A stretch of 64,000 bases of DNA from Candidatus Daviesbacteria bacterium. Lineage in GTDB: Bacteria; Patescibacteriota; Microgenomatia; Daviesbacterales; UBA10151. A program made the position numbers and the translations under genes. Positions within the stretch are counted from its first letter, which is position 1. Each line of letters begins with the position of its first letter. Below the pieces are notes generated by a model. The model saw only the letters and a list, made by a program, of their open reading frames with translations, made no database searches and was not told where the DNA came from. Shown in pieces: positions 29,290-39,203 of the stretch. The stretch covers positions 1,966-65,965 of the forward strand of contig JAQTZF010000001.1 of the NCBI GenBank assembly GCA_028687915.1, in the 5' to 3' direction.

Positions 29290-30345
29290 TTAGTTTGTGT
29301 AATAAACAGTAATTCTGACTGCATCTACCCAGGCAAAAGCTAATGTTGCTTTGGCAGTTAAACGAACACCGAATGTAGAACTATTAATATCTGCTGGTGT
29401 CCAAGATATTCCCCACAAATCGCTAACTCCTCCATATGTACTATACGCAAGTCCAGATGTAGACCAATTGGCTGCTTCGGCTTTATTTACAGTTCCCATC
29501 ACCCCTCCTTTAAGGATTAATACTTTATCATCATTAATCACTATTGGAGTTGTGGTGTAATGCGATTCTTTTTTAATTTCCACTGTAATACCAGTAATAG
29601 TTGCCCCAGCAGGAATATTGAAGCCAAAATTGGTGGCATCTAAATAATTAGTGTACACAATACCATGAGAACCAATACCAGCAACAGCAGGTACACCATC
29701 TTCAGTAAAAATATTCCCAACATTTGCCCAAATAGTAATTCCATACCCAGTTGTATTCGCTGCAGAACCTGCAAATTTTGTTACGCTAGAAGGAGTGCTT
29801 GTTGGTGAAGGAGTTGGAGAGGATGTCGGCGAAGCTGTAGGTGTTCCAGTTGGAGTTGAAGTTGGACTAGAAGTAGGTGTTATTGTAGGAGATGCAGTAG
29901 GTGTTGGGGCAACAGCAATATATGTTTCTTGTAATGAAACAACACAGAAGCATGTTGATACGCTGGTATCGCAAGCAGTACCAACTGGATGATTTTCTAA
30001 AGCTGCACAAACCTGAAAACCCTTGTTAGCTTCTCCATAAGAAATAAGATAATTTCCCCCTTCAGCAGGAGCTGGTACTACACCACTAGCAAAACTCTCA
30101 CCAGAAAGTGGGGTCAAATAGTCTCCCTTAGTAGTAAACTGAGTTTCCATAGCAGTAGCAATGGCTTTAACATCACCCTTTCTTTTTGCATCTCTAGTTG
30201 AACGTTGAACATTTGTGTAAATTATTAACCCTATACCTGTTAGGATAATAATCACAGCTATAACCATCAGTAGTTCTACCAAAGTAAACCCTGCTACTTT
30301 TTTGTTCTTTATGGCTTTAAGTCTTTTCATTCTTAAATAATCCAA
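29290..30345 (-). CDS. Type IV pilin-like protein (class III signal peptide) with a PT-rich linker and a large C-terminal domain
   Basis: Prepilin motif KKVAG|FTLVELLMVIAVIIILTGI (Gly-1, Phe+1, Glu+5, hydrophobic helix). PTPTASPTITPTSSPTSTPTGTPTASPTSSPTPSPTSTPS linker. The start may be the second Met, at 30330. Confidence 0.7.
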   Translation of the reverse strand: MDYLRMKRLKAIKNKKVAGFTLVELLMVIAVIIILTGIGLIIYTNVQRSTRDAKRKGDVKAIATAMETQFTTKGDYLTPLSGESFASGVVPAPAEGGNYLISYGEANKGFQVCAALENHPVGTACDTSVSTCFCVVSLQETYIAVAPTPTASPTITPTSSPTSTPTGTPTASPTSSPTPSPTSTPSSVTKFAGSAANTTGYGITIWANVGNIFTEDGVPAVAGIGSHGIVYTNYLDATNFGFNIPAGATITGITVEIKKESHYTTTPIVINDDKVLILKGGVMGTVNKAEAANWSTSGLAYSTYGGVSDLWGISWTPADINSSTFGVRLTAKATLAFAWVDAVRITVYYTN

Positions 30346-30713
30346 TACATGTAATCTTTTAGTGTTAAAATGATTAAAATTAAGAAATTAATAAAAATAA
30401 ATGCAATTACCCAATGAGGAAATTTTAGTTTTTTACTAAATACCAAACCTAAAGATAAAAGAGCAAGATATAAATATAACAAGATGAGTCCATAATCCAC
30501 AGGGCAATTAAATCCTGCATTTCTGTGAATCATGTCTACAGGAAAAAAAGTACATGGAATAGAAATAAATAATGACTCAGGTAAATTTTTAAAAACCGTC
30601 AATATTATCCCCAAATCACGAGATAAAAAAATAACAAACAAAAGATTTACTATAAAAATAATTAAAAGATAGTAGCCTACAAACCTAGCTAAACTTTTAT
30701 AATTAATTTTCAT
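30333..30713 (-). CDS. Small polytopic membrane protein (the ORF extends to 30875 but the likely start is Met55, which avoids overlap with the upstream pilin gene)
   Basis: Hydrophobic ORF with 3-4 TM helices between two pilin genes. No motif recognised. Confidence 0.4.
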   Translation of the reverse strand: MKINYKSLARFVGYYLLIIFIVNLLFVIFLSRDLGIILTVFKNLPESLFISIPCTFFPVDMIHRNAGFNCPVDYGLILLYLYLALLSLGLVFSKKLKFPHWVIAFIFINFLILIILTLKDYMYWII

Positions 30714-30792
30714 TTCTTTAAAAATAGTAGCAATAAAACAAAAAACAAGCAACCAATTATTAAAACAAAATTTAATAATGTTAAGGGTAAAC

Positions 30793-31944
30793 TTAAAGTG
30801 CACATCCAGTACCACTATTATAAAGGGCACTAATTTCTGAAGAAGAAAGTGCTCGATTATATACTCTAAGATCATCTAAAAATCCACTCATTACATTTAC
30901 ACTTCCACCATAAGAACCAATATAAAGTGTTCCTACCACCCTATTAAAAGTAGTTTCCCAAGTACCAGCACATTGTTCGGAACCATTTAAATACGATTTA
31001 ATATTGTTATTATCCCAAACCCAAGCAATATGATTATAAGTATTCAAAGGGATTGATGATATGGGGATACTGCATGAATATATATCTGAATCCGCATTGT
31101 AGGCTTGTAACCCTCCAGATCCGTTAAAATAAAATATTGGCTTACTTCCAGTAAAGCTAACTATACCCTTAGATACTTGACTACTTGGAATTTTTATCCA
31201 TCCTGCCACAGTCCCTGTTTCCCCAACAATTCCATCACTTGCCGGGAAACTTGAAACCGCTATATAATCATCCACCCCATCAAAACTACACCCACCCCTA
31301 TTCTTCCCAGTAATTGTACAATCCATACCTGTACCGTTAGTAGCTACTCTAGCTAGTCCATCATATCTATTGCTTGATGAATCAATTAATGTTTGATCTC
31401 CTGAAACATTATCATCCATCTTCCAATAACCAGCTAACCCTGAAGTTAATACCCCATAAGGGTCACAGGAAGGGCTAGAACCACCGCCTCCCCCTCCGCC
31501 ACCTCCTCCTAAAAAAGTAGAGTTTTGAATAGAAGAAATACATTGGCAAGTAGAAGAGCTGGCATAACATGGTTGTCCTCCCTGAGAACCAAGTCCAACA
31601 CAAATAGCAAATCTGTCTATTGCCTGAGTAATACAATTACTGGATGGACCAATTAAACAAGGATAATCTCCTCCTTCAGGCATTTTAGGGATATTTCCTG
31701 ATGAAAAATCAGTGTTAGTTAAAGTTTGATAGGAACCTAAATTAGAATATTTAATTTCATAAGCTTTAGAAATATTGTTTAAGTCTGTTTTTCTTTTGGT
31801 ATCCCTGGCAGCATTAGTAACACCGCTAAAAACAGCTACTCCAATCGTTGCAAGTATAGCAAGAACAGCTATCACCACTAGAAGTTCAATCAGAGTGAAG
31901 CCTCTGCTTCGCGCTTGTGCACTAAAACCCTTTATCCCCTTCAT
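30793..31944 (-). CDS. Type IV pilin-like protein fused to a C-terminal LamG (concanavalin-like lectin) domain
   Basis: N-terminal RG|FTLIELLVVIAVLAILATIGVAVFSG is a canonical prepilin cleavage site with Glu+5. Poly-Gly linker (GGGGGGGGGSS). The C-terminal region (GLAGYWKMDDNVSGD...GFLDDLRVYNRALSSSEISALYNSG) matches the LamG modules of the giant proteins at 1..9616. Confidence 0.75.
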   Translation of the reverse strand: MKGIKGFSAQARSRGFTLIELLVVIAVLAILATIGVAVFSGVTNAARDTKRKTDLNNISKAYEIKYSNLGSYQTLTNTDFSSGNIPKMPEGGDYPCLIGPSSNCITQAIDRFAICVGLGSQGGQPCYASSSTCQCISSIQNSTFLGGGGGGGGGGSSPSCDPYGVLTSGLAGYWKMDDNVSGDQTLIDSSSNRYDGLARVATNGTGMDCTITGKNRGGCSFDGVDDYIAVSSFPASDGIVGETGTVAGWIKIPSSQVSKGIVSFTGSKPIFYFNGSGGLQAYNADSDIYSCSIPISSIPLNTYNHIAWVWDNNNIKSYLNGSEQCAGTWETTFNRVVGTLYIGSYGGSVNVMSGFLDDLRVYNRALSSSEISALYNSGTGCAL

Positions 31945-32044
31945 ATATTAAGGTTACTACAAGTTCAAAAGAGTGGTCAAATTATTATTTCCAAGATTAC
32001 ACACATTGCTACAAAAAACAAAAAATCTCCCTTTCAGGAGATCT

Positions 32045-32170
32045 TTTGATAAACCCGGCAATGACATATTGTCCCGGGGCCTTTCGACCCTAGTATCGTC
32101 GGCGCTGAAGCGTTTGACTGCTGAGTTCGGGAAGGGATCAGGTCGTTCCGCCTCGCTCAAATCACCGGAC
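32045..32170 (-). rRNA. rrf: 5S rRNA
   Basis: The reverse complement reads CCUGAUCCCUUCCCGAACUCAGCAGUCAAACGCUUCAGCGCCGACGAUACUAGGGUC, which aligns to E. coli 5S CCUGACCCCAUGCCGAACUCAGAAGUGAAACGCCGUAGCGCCGAUGGUAGUGUGGGGUC. Ends are approximate. Confidence 0.7.
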
Positions 32171-32254
32171 GTTTATAATAACAAATTTTGATCTAAGAAT
32201 CAAGAATTAACATTAACAACATGCCTAGAAAAGGCATTCTATTTCTCTTATAAT

Positions 32255-33175
32255 ATGTCTATTAAAAAAGAAGCACTCAGAACCAATCAGACTTGTCCAG
32301 AATATACCCTTCGTTTAGTTGTTGATAAAGAGTGTCCTTTTGACTGCATATATTGCTTTCAAGAAGGAACAAACTATTCTAAATCTAGTTCCCATGAAAA
32401 CCCTGACTTCCTAAGCCTAGTTGATAAGTTTGCAGCCGTAAGACCGATCTCTAAAATACGTTTAACAGGCGGAGAGCCTTTAATTTATGCCCCTCTCCTT
32501 CCTCTATTAAAAGGTTTAAAAAGAAAATTTCCATCTCTTGATCTAGGCATAACGACAAACGGAAGTACACCAAGAATTTTACAAAACGTAATAGAAGAGT
32601 TTACTGATACTCCTTTACATATGAACATTTCAATCCCAAGCCTAAATGAAGAAATGTTTAAGAAGCTAACAAATACAGCAAGGCTACCAGAAGTTTTATC
32701 CTCAGTTAATCAGTTGAGAGAAAGTAGTTTTTCTTCTCACGCAAATATTAATTTTATATTTTTAGAAGGAGTTAATGACCTTGAACTACCAGAAATGTCT
32801 GCTTTTGCTAGAGTAAATAATTTACCCTTAAAAGTTATGCAATTAACAGTTAATGAATTTAATTCTGATGCACTTAGAAGACTAAATACAGGTTCAGCAA
32901 ACCAAAGATTAATCACAGAACGAATACAGGATTTAGGATATCTTCCATCACAGCACCCAGATTCGTTTATTAAAGATGGTCATATAATTCGGGTTATTGG
33001 ACAAGTTGCACCACAAACTGATCAATATTTCAGAGATTATAAAACATTTAGGCTATATTACGACGGGAGAATTGGTATTTGTGGTGATAATGATGGAATA
33101 ATCAGACCAATTAATATGGATAATCCAAGACAAACTTTTTTAGAAGTAGTAACTGAAGCTGAAAAATTCCTCTAA
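32255..33175 (+). CDS. Radical SAM enzyme, MoaA/viperin-like, lacking the C-terminal auxiliary-cluster Cys triad
   Basis: CPFDCIYC (CxxxCxxC) at residues 26-33. RLTGGEPL, GITTNGS, NISIPSLNEEMF and FLEGVND all align to MoaA blocks. The C-terminus has RLYYDGRIGIC but no CxxC...C second-cluster motif. Confidence 0.8.
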   Translation: MSIKKEALRTNQTCPEYTLRLVVDKECPFDCIYCFQEGTNYSKSSSHENPDFLSLVDKFAAVRPISKIRLTGGEPLIYAPLLPLLKGLKRKFPSLDLGITTNGSTPRILQNVIEEFTDTPLHMNISIPSLNEEMFKKLTNTARLPEVLSSVNQLRESSFSSHANINFIFLEGVNDLELPEMSAFARVNNLPLKVMQLTVNEFNSDALRRLNTGSANQRLITERIQDLGYLPSQHPDSFIKDGHIIRVIGQVAPQTDQYFRDYKTFRLYYDGRIGICGDNDGIIRPINMDNPRQTFLEVVTEAEKFL

Positions 33176-33902
33176 CACGATTACAGTTATAAATATATTC
33201 TTTGACTTGGAATAAGCGAAGCTTGCGAGCTTTGCTCTTAAAGAACGTTAAAAATTTTCTCAGAAAATTTAGGGTACACCTTTCGCAAAGCGAAAGGCAA
33301 GCTATGCTTACTTCCCGTCAAAGTGGCTTTGGGCGTCTTTGCCACCAAAGACGCAAAATAAATAGATGAAAATAAGAGAAAAAATTTTGTACTCAAACTT
33401 ATAGGATTAGTTAGGTAGAATTGGATATTTTACACTTCAATCCTGTGGCTAACGCCCGGGACCTAGGTGCTTTGCACTCTGGAATGTGAATACGATATTA
33501 GTCAAAGGCTTTGAGCCAAAAAAACTCAACGATGACCATTAGTACTCTTAAGCTAAACACCTTACGATGCTTACACTGAGAGCCTATCAACCCGGTAGTC
33601 TTCCGGGGGTCTTAAAGATTCCTAATCTCAGGATCTGCTTCGTGCTTAGATGCTTTCAGCACTTATCAGGAAAGAACGTAGCTACCCGGCGCTGCCATTT
33701 TATGACAACCGGCACACTAGAGGTTCCCTCGTCTCGGTCCTCTCGTACTAGAGACAACTTCCCTCAAGAATCAAAACGCCCATACTGGATAGAGTCCAAC
33801 CTGTCTCGCGACGGTTTGAACCCAGCTCGCGTACCACTTTAACTGGCGAACAGCCAGACCCTTGGGACCTTCTACAGCCCCAGGATGTGATGAGCCGACA
33901 TC

Positions 33903-34213
33903 GCTGTCATTATTTGTCTACAATTACTTGTAGGATCAGACTATACCTTCACCCTGCTTTGCAGGGGCTAGCCTTTTATCCAAGTTTCAAAACCTTGAAT
34001 CCGATCTTTCGATCAAGTCGTTACGGGGTACGTTCATGTAAACTACGTTCGTGTAAACCAAACCGTAATAAACTGAATGTACTTCCCTCGGTGTTGTCCA
34101 TCATTACTGATTAGGAGTTCACCGATTTTAGCTAGTATTTTTTCAAAAAGACTTTTTATATTAAGTTCTAACAGAGCTACAGAATTACTCCTGCCGCACC
34201 CCAATGTATTAAG
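33903..34213 (-). other. Putative ORF-less group I intron in the 23S gene at the L2500-equivalent site
   Basis: A 311-nt AT-rich insert separates ...GGCACCU from CGAUGUCGGCUC. Removing it restores the E. coli PTC sequence GGCACCUCGAUGUCGG exactly. The 5' exon ends in U and the insert ends in G, as in group I introns. No ORF longer than 75 aa. Confidence 0.5.
34029..34058. repeat. Two tandem copies of the 15-nt unit TACGTTCRTGTAAAC (inside the L2500 intron)
   Basis: TACGTTCATGTAAAC followed by TACGTTCGTGTAAAC. Confidence 0.7.
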
Positions 34214-34251
34214 GTGCCGAACGATACCGTCCTTGTGGACTGTTGGGTATC

Positions 34252-34285
<34 letters not shown>

Positions 34286-34597
34286 ATAAGCCTACTCCCT
34301 CCCACGAGGAAAGTAGGGATCACTAAAGCCTGCTTTCGCACCTGCTCGACTTGTAGGTCTTGCAGTCAAGCACACTGTATACTTTTGCGCTTAAATCTCC
34401 GTTGCCATTGGAGATAAGTGTACCTTTGCACTCCTCCGTTACTTTTTTGGAGGAAACCGCCCCAGTTAAACTGCCCGCCAGACCTTGTTACGGTGCCGGA
34501 TTACGGCTACCGCTAGAGATTTAAAAATCTAAAAAAGAGGTGTTTCATTGTCGCCGAAGCTCCCTCCTACTCTACATAAATAAATTTTCAAATCAGG

Positions 34598-34635
<38 letters not shown>

Positions 34636-34842
34636 AAGTATGGGAAGGCCGCATCTTCACAGCCACTGCAATTTCGCCGAGTCTATCCTCAAGACAGTTC
34701 CTAAGTCGTTCTACCTTTCGTGCGGGTCTGAACTCCATTTTAAAACTGTCATTCTAAATAAATTTAGAAATCTTACATTTGTTTTTATGATTTAATGATT
34801 TTTAAATCCTCTACGTCGCCATAGAGATCGGACTATATCTTG

Positions 34843-34865
34843 TACGTTCATGTAAACTGAACGTA
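34843..34865. repeat. Hairpin repeat TACGTTCA-TGTAAAC-TGAACGTA (in the domain-IV intron)
   Basis: 8-bp perfect inverted repeat with a 7-nt loop. Confidence 0.7.
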
Positions 34866-34947
34866 CTCCAACGTGTAGTCTCTGAGGGTTTTTTGATATA
34901 AATATCAAAATCTTCCCTGCTGATTGACTCCACTAACAGATTGTCAC

Positions 34948-34970
34948 TACGTTTATGTAAACTAAACGTA
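34948..34970. repeat. Hairpin repeat variant TACGTTTA-TGTAAAC-TAAACGTA (in the domain-IV intron)
   Basis: A C>T change in the 5' arm is matched by G>A in the 3' arm, a compensatory pair. Confidence 0.7.
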
Positions 34971-36015
34971 GTACTGTTAGATACTGAGTTATTCCAGCAT
35001 ATAGTTGGATTTTCACTACTTAAGGTTTTTTGCATACTAATCTAGCAATTTTCAACGAATTCCCGAGTGTTGTACATTGCTGTACATTCTAGCAAGTTTG
35101 TTACCGCACCTACCAGACAAGGAATTTCGCTACCATAGAACAGTTATAGTTACTGCTGCCGTTCACCAGATCTTAGACCCCTTCCTCATCCAGTCTTACG
35201 ACTGGAGTCAAGAGAAGTTTTAAATTACTGGCACTGGGCAGGTGTCAGCCCCTATACATCAGCTTTCGCTTTAGCAGGGACCTGTGTTTTTGCTAAACAG
35301 TCGCTCAGGATCATTAACTGCGTCCCACATTGCTGCGGGAAGGACATCTTGCAAACTTACGTCCAGCTTTTGTTGCCGAGTTCCTTAAGGATAGTTCTCT
35401 CGATCGCCTGTGTATACTCAACTCGCCCACCTGTGTCGGTTTGTGGTACGGCTTGATACTGCTCCCTTTACGAAACTTTTCCTGAAAACAGAACATCACT
35501 TTCTTACGTATTCGTAACTCGAATATGCACTCCGACAAGTCTTGCGACTAATCGGAATGTTCCGACTTGCGTCGGACTGAGAGCGGATTTACCAACCCTC
35601 ACTTCCTTGTCACTTAAACCCCCATATAGAGGGCAAAGTTATTCCCATTTTGTCCTTCCGTAAAGTATTCACGAACAGCACATATACCCGAATTTTGACG
35701 GGTAATCCATCGACTACGCCATTTGGCCTCGTCTAAGGTACCGATTAACCCTATTCTGATTAACATTGAATAGGAAACCTTGGGCATTCGGCGTTAATGT
35801 TTTTCACATTAATTTCGCTACTCATACCGGCATTCTCACTTCTATACGCTCCACCCCGCCTCACGACGAAGCTTCATTGCCTATAAAACGCTCCCCTACC
35901 ACGTCACAATCATGTAACTGATTGTGACATCCGTAGCTTCGGTAGAACTTTTAGCCCCGGTTCGTTGTCGGCGCGAAATCCCGTAGTAGACCAGCGAGCT
36001 GTTACGCTTTCTTTA

Positions 36016-36052
<37 letters not shown>

Positions 36053-36617
36053 AAGGAATTTCACATCCTTTAACACTTAAAGTTCATTTAGGGACCTTAG
36101 CTGTCGGTCTGGGTTGTTTCCCTCAGGACCGCTCCGCTTAGCCGGATCGGACTGACTCCTGCTACACACGTTAGTATTCGGAGTTTGATTGGATTGACAG
36201 TCTTGCGACCATCAGATCCATCCAGTGCTCTACCCCTAACGTGATTCCACAGGGCTATACCTCAATATATTTCGGGGAGAACCAGCTATCTCCGAGTTCG
36301 ATAGGCATATCACCTCTAACCACACCTCATCCTAGACTATTGATACAGTCACAAGTTCGGGCCTTCCCCGCCTTTTACAGCAGGTTCGCCCTGGACATGG
36401 TTAGCTCACTCGGTTTCGGGTCTGCCATATTCTCCTAAATCGCCCAGTTAGGGCTCGCTTTCACTGCGCCTACAAACATTCCTGTTCTTAGACTTGGAGA
36501 ATAAGACAACTCACCGGTTCATTCTTCAAAAGGCACACGGTTGTCCTAATAAATTAAGACTTCCGCAGCTTGACAACATACGGTTTCAGGTACTATTTCA
36601 CTGAGCGTTTCGCTCTT

Positions 36618-36657
<40 letters not shown>

Positions 36658-37336
36658 TGAAAGTATATTTAGCCTTAACAAGTGGTCTTGCTAGCTTCAC
36701 CCAGGATTACACGTGTCCTAGGTTACTCAGGAATCCGACCACGGCAGTCCAGATTTCGCTTACAGGGCTATCACCCTCTTTGGCATTCCTTTCCAGGAAT
36801 TTCAGCTATCCGTTCTACTCGCTACTGTCGGTCCTACAACCCCACGGGTTTCAAGTATTGCTACCTGAAGTGATCTGTGGTTTGGGCTTTTCCCTTTTCG
36901 CTCGCCACTACTGGGGGAATAAACTATTGTTCTCTTTTCCTGCGCTTACTTAGATGTTTCAGTTCAGCGCGTACCCCTTCCAACACTATTAATTTATGTT
37001 GGAATAATTGCCGATTAAGACAATTGGATTATTCCATTCGGAAACCTCTGGATCATAGCTTCTTAGCAGCTTCCCAGAGACTATCGCGGCTTAGTGCGTC
37101 CTTCATCGGTACTTTCAACCAAGGCATCCACCGTATGCATTATTGTTGAGTATCTTTTGGCTTGTAAATTCTCCGATAAATCGGAGAAAAATTTGGCCTT
37201 CTTCCCAAATTACAAATAAATTTGTAATTGTTTAAATCGTATTCACATTTCAAAGTGCAAAATCCAGATTATCTGGAACTCAGAAAACCGGAAATTCCGA
37301 TGTTCTGAGCCTCAGATTATCCAACCATCCCCTTGG

Positions 37337-37409
37337 TGGACCCAAGGAGGATCGAACTCCTGACCTCCTCATTGCAAATGAGGCGCTCTACCAACTGAGC
37401 CATGGGCCC
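37337..37409 (-). tRNA. tRNA-Ala (anticodon TGC)
   Basis: The reverse complement GGGCCCATGGCTCAGTTGGTAGAGCGCCTCATTTGCAATGAGGAGGTCAGGAGTTCGATCCTCCTTGGGTCCA folds as a cloverleaf (7-bp acceptor, GTTCGATCC T-loop, anticodon loop UUUGCAA). About 170 nt upstream of the 23S 5' end. Confidence 0.9.
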
Positions 37410-37591
37410 TGGCTACGTTCACATATTAAGTTATAATTAGAGGGATACAACGCTAAAAAGGTCTTGCTTCCTCGCACCAAGGAAGTCTTGAAGCGAGTGT
37501 TAAATTAATGGTGCGTTGGTTCTCATGTATTAACTTTGAAAGTTTACCAAAATAGCTACGCCTTGTCAATCACAAATCACTCTCAGTTATC

Positions 37592-37864
37592 TTATTTCTC
37601 TAAACATAAATTCTTACCATTTAGTCTATTAAAGAAAACCAGTCTGTTTCCTTGATCTGATTCAGAACCAAAAAAGAACTTTAACTCTTTTTCTGAAAAT
37701 GACCAAACAGCTTCATCAGCCAACATCTTAAGAGGCATATCATCCTCTTCGTACAAAGCTCTTAATACTCTACCCTTTATCCATTTACAATCATCCTCCT
37801 GAAACATTACACGAGTGCCTGCAGCAAAATTTATATCAACTTTAACTTCCTTACTCATCGGCAA
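37592..37864 (-). CDS. Small hypothetical protein
   Basis: 90-aa ORF upstream of, and co-oriented with, tRNA-Ala and the 23S gene. No motif recognised. Confidence 0.35.
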   Translation of the reverse strand: MPMSKEVKVDINFAAGTRVMFQEDDCKWIKGRVLRALYEEDDMPLKMLADEAVWSFSEKELKFFFGSESDQGNRLVFFNRLNGKNLCLEK

Positions 37865-37913
37865 ATTATAACAATAACCAGCCTAAATTCAACACTCTTA
37901 ATATTTCAATGTT

Positions 37914-38339
37914 TCAGCTTCCCACAAGTACTGGAAACTCAAGAGCTTTAGTAAAATTAGGACATTTCTGAACTGATTCTTCATCCATTGATTTTCGGTC
38001 TATATCTAATGTACGTTCATCAGTTATCAAATTTATTCTCCACACACCTTCAATTTCAGAAGATTGAGGGTTTTGACAAATATAATCTTCTTTAGCACAC
38101 CCATAACAACGACCCTGCCAAAACAGATTTCCTGCTGCTTTCATTTGTTTTATTGCAAATTCCTTTTGTATAGCTAATAAATTAATCCGCATGACACAGC
38201 TTTCAATTTTTTCATCCTTAAAACTATAATTTTCCTTGCCTTCACCTCTAATTTCAAATCTTCCCTGAATTAAAGGGATTAAAGGTTCCTGACATCGAAT
38301 TAAACCATCTATATTGCATAAATTACATCTTTCAGGCAT
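37914..38339 (-). CDS. Cys-rich small protein (CxxC ... C ... CxxC ... C), possibly a zinc-ribbon
   Basis: 141 aa with CNLC, CQEP, CYGCAKEDYIC and KCPNF. Spacing is consistent with a Zn-binding domain. Family not identified. Confidence 0.45.
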   Translation of the reverse strand: MPERCNLCNIDGLIRCQEPLIPLIQGRFEIRGEGKENYSFKDEKIESCVMRINLLAIQKEFAIKQMKAAGNLFWQGRCYGCAKEDYICQNPQSSEIEGVWRINLITDERTLDIDRKSMDEESVQKCPNFTKALEFPVLVGS

Positions 38340-38440
38340 ATTTCTCTCCTTTCTTTAATGCAAATATGACATAACTTAATTTAAGCGTCAAATTTTTAAA
38401 CATTTTTGACAAATTTTATACAAAATGTTAAGATTTTAAC

Positions 38441-39091
38441 ATGATTACTGTTCCAGAGGTTGTGGAAGAATTAGTCAAGCAAAAACCCTTACTGGAAGAA
38501 GGGCTTGCTTCAGACATTATTAACCTATCTTCTTTGGCAAGAGAATTTCAGCCGTTTATCCAAAAAAAGTTATATAAGGATATTCAAACAGGCGCTATTG
38601 TGATGGCTTTAAAAAGGTTATCTTTAAAGCTAAAAAAGCAGCAAAATAAGATTTCTTCCCTACTTATCAATATAGGGGATATTACAGTCCGTTCAAATTT
38701 AGTTGAATTTACCTACACCAATTCACCAACTTTAGCTTTAAAGCAAAGTATTTTATTGCAGGATGTTGATCAGGAAAAGAGTGCTTTTTTAACCCTCACA
38801 CGCGGTGTTTATGAAACAACAGTTATTATTAGCTCCTCTTTGGAAAAAGAGGTGGAAAGGGTCTTTCAGGGAGAACATTTAAAGTCCAAATTTGATAATC
38901 TTTCTGCTATTACTCTAATATTGCCAGAGAGTGCTTTAAACCAATCAGGAGTGTATTACACAATACTTAAAAAGTTAGCTTGGGAAGATATTAATTTTAT
39001 TGAGGGTATTTCCAGCATGACAGAGCTAACAATTATTTTGAAAAGTTCCCTGGTGGATAAAGCCTTTTCTACCCTCAAAAACCTCTCTTAA
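38441..39091 (+). CDS. Hypothetical protein
   Basis: 216-aa ORF followed by a perfect palindromic terminator. No motif recognised. Confidence 0.5.
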   Translation: MITVPEVVEELVKQKPLLEEGLASDIINLSSLAREFQPFIQKKLYKDIQTGAIVMALKRLSLKLKKQQNKISSLLINIGDITVRSNLVEFTYTNSPTLALKQSILLQDVDQEKSAFLTLTRGVYETTVIISSSLEKEVERVFQGEHLKSKFDNLSAITLILPESALNQSGVYYTILKKLAWEDINFIEGISSMTELTIILKSSLVDKAFSTLKNLS

Positions 39092-39167
39092 GTTTCCTGT
39101 TCTGTTATTTCTTCTTTGACTGGAATAATAAATAAAATTTAGGTCAACTTCCCGTCAAAGGATTTTT

Positions 39168-39192
39168 GCCACACTTTTTTAAAAAAGTGTGA
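39168..39192. terminator. Bidirectional intrinsic terminator between convergent genes
   Basis: Perfect palindrome CACACTTTTTT|AAAAAAGTGTG, with T-runs on both strands, between 38441..39091 (+) and gap (-). Confidence 0.55.
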
Positions 39193-39203
39193 GAATAAAA
39201 AGA

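Larger units (their letters stand above)
34723..35107 (-). other. Putative ORF-less group I intron in 23S domain IV (about E. coli position 1950, the L1949/L1951 region)
   Basis: A 385-nt insert separates ...CCUUGUCUGGUAGGU from UCAGACCCGCACGAA. Removing it aligns to E. coli CCUUGUCGGGUAAGU|UCCGACCUGCACGAA. The exon ends in U and the insert ends in G. No credible ORF. Confidence 0.5.

Noticed and set aside
29795-29992. Plus-strand 65-aa ORF (VGEGVGEDVGEAVG...)
   Set aside because: It is the antisense of the PT-rich linker of the pilin-like gene 29290..30345, and so a repeat-induced artefact.
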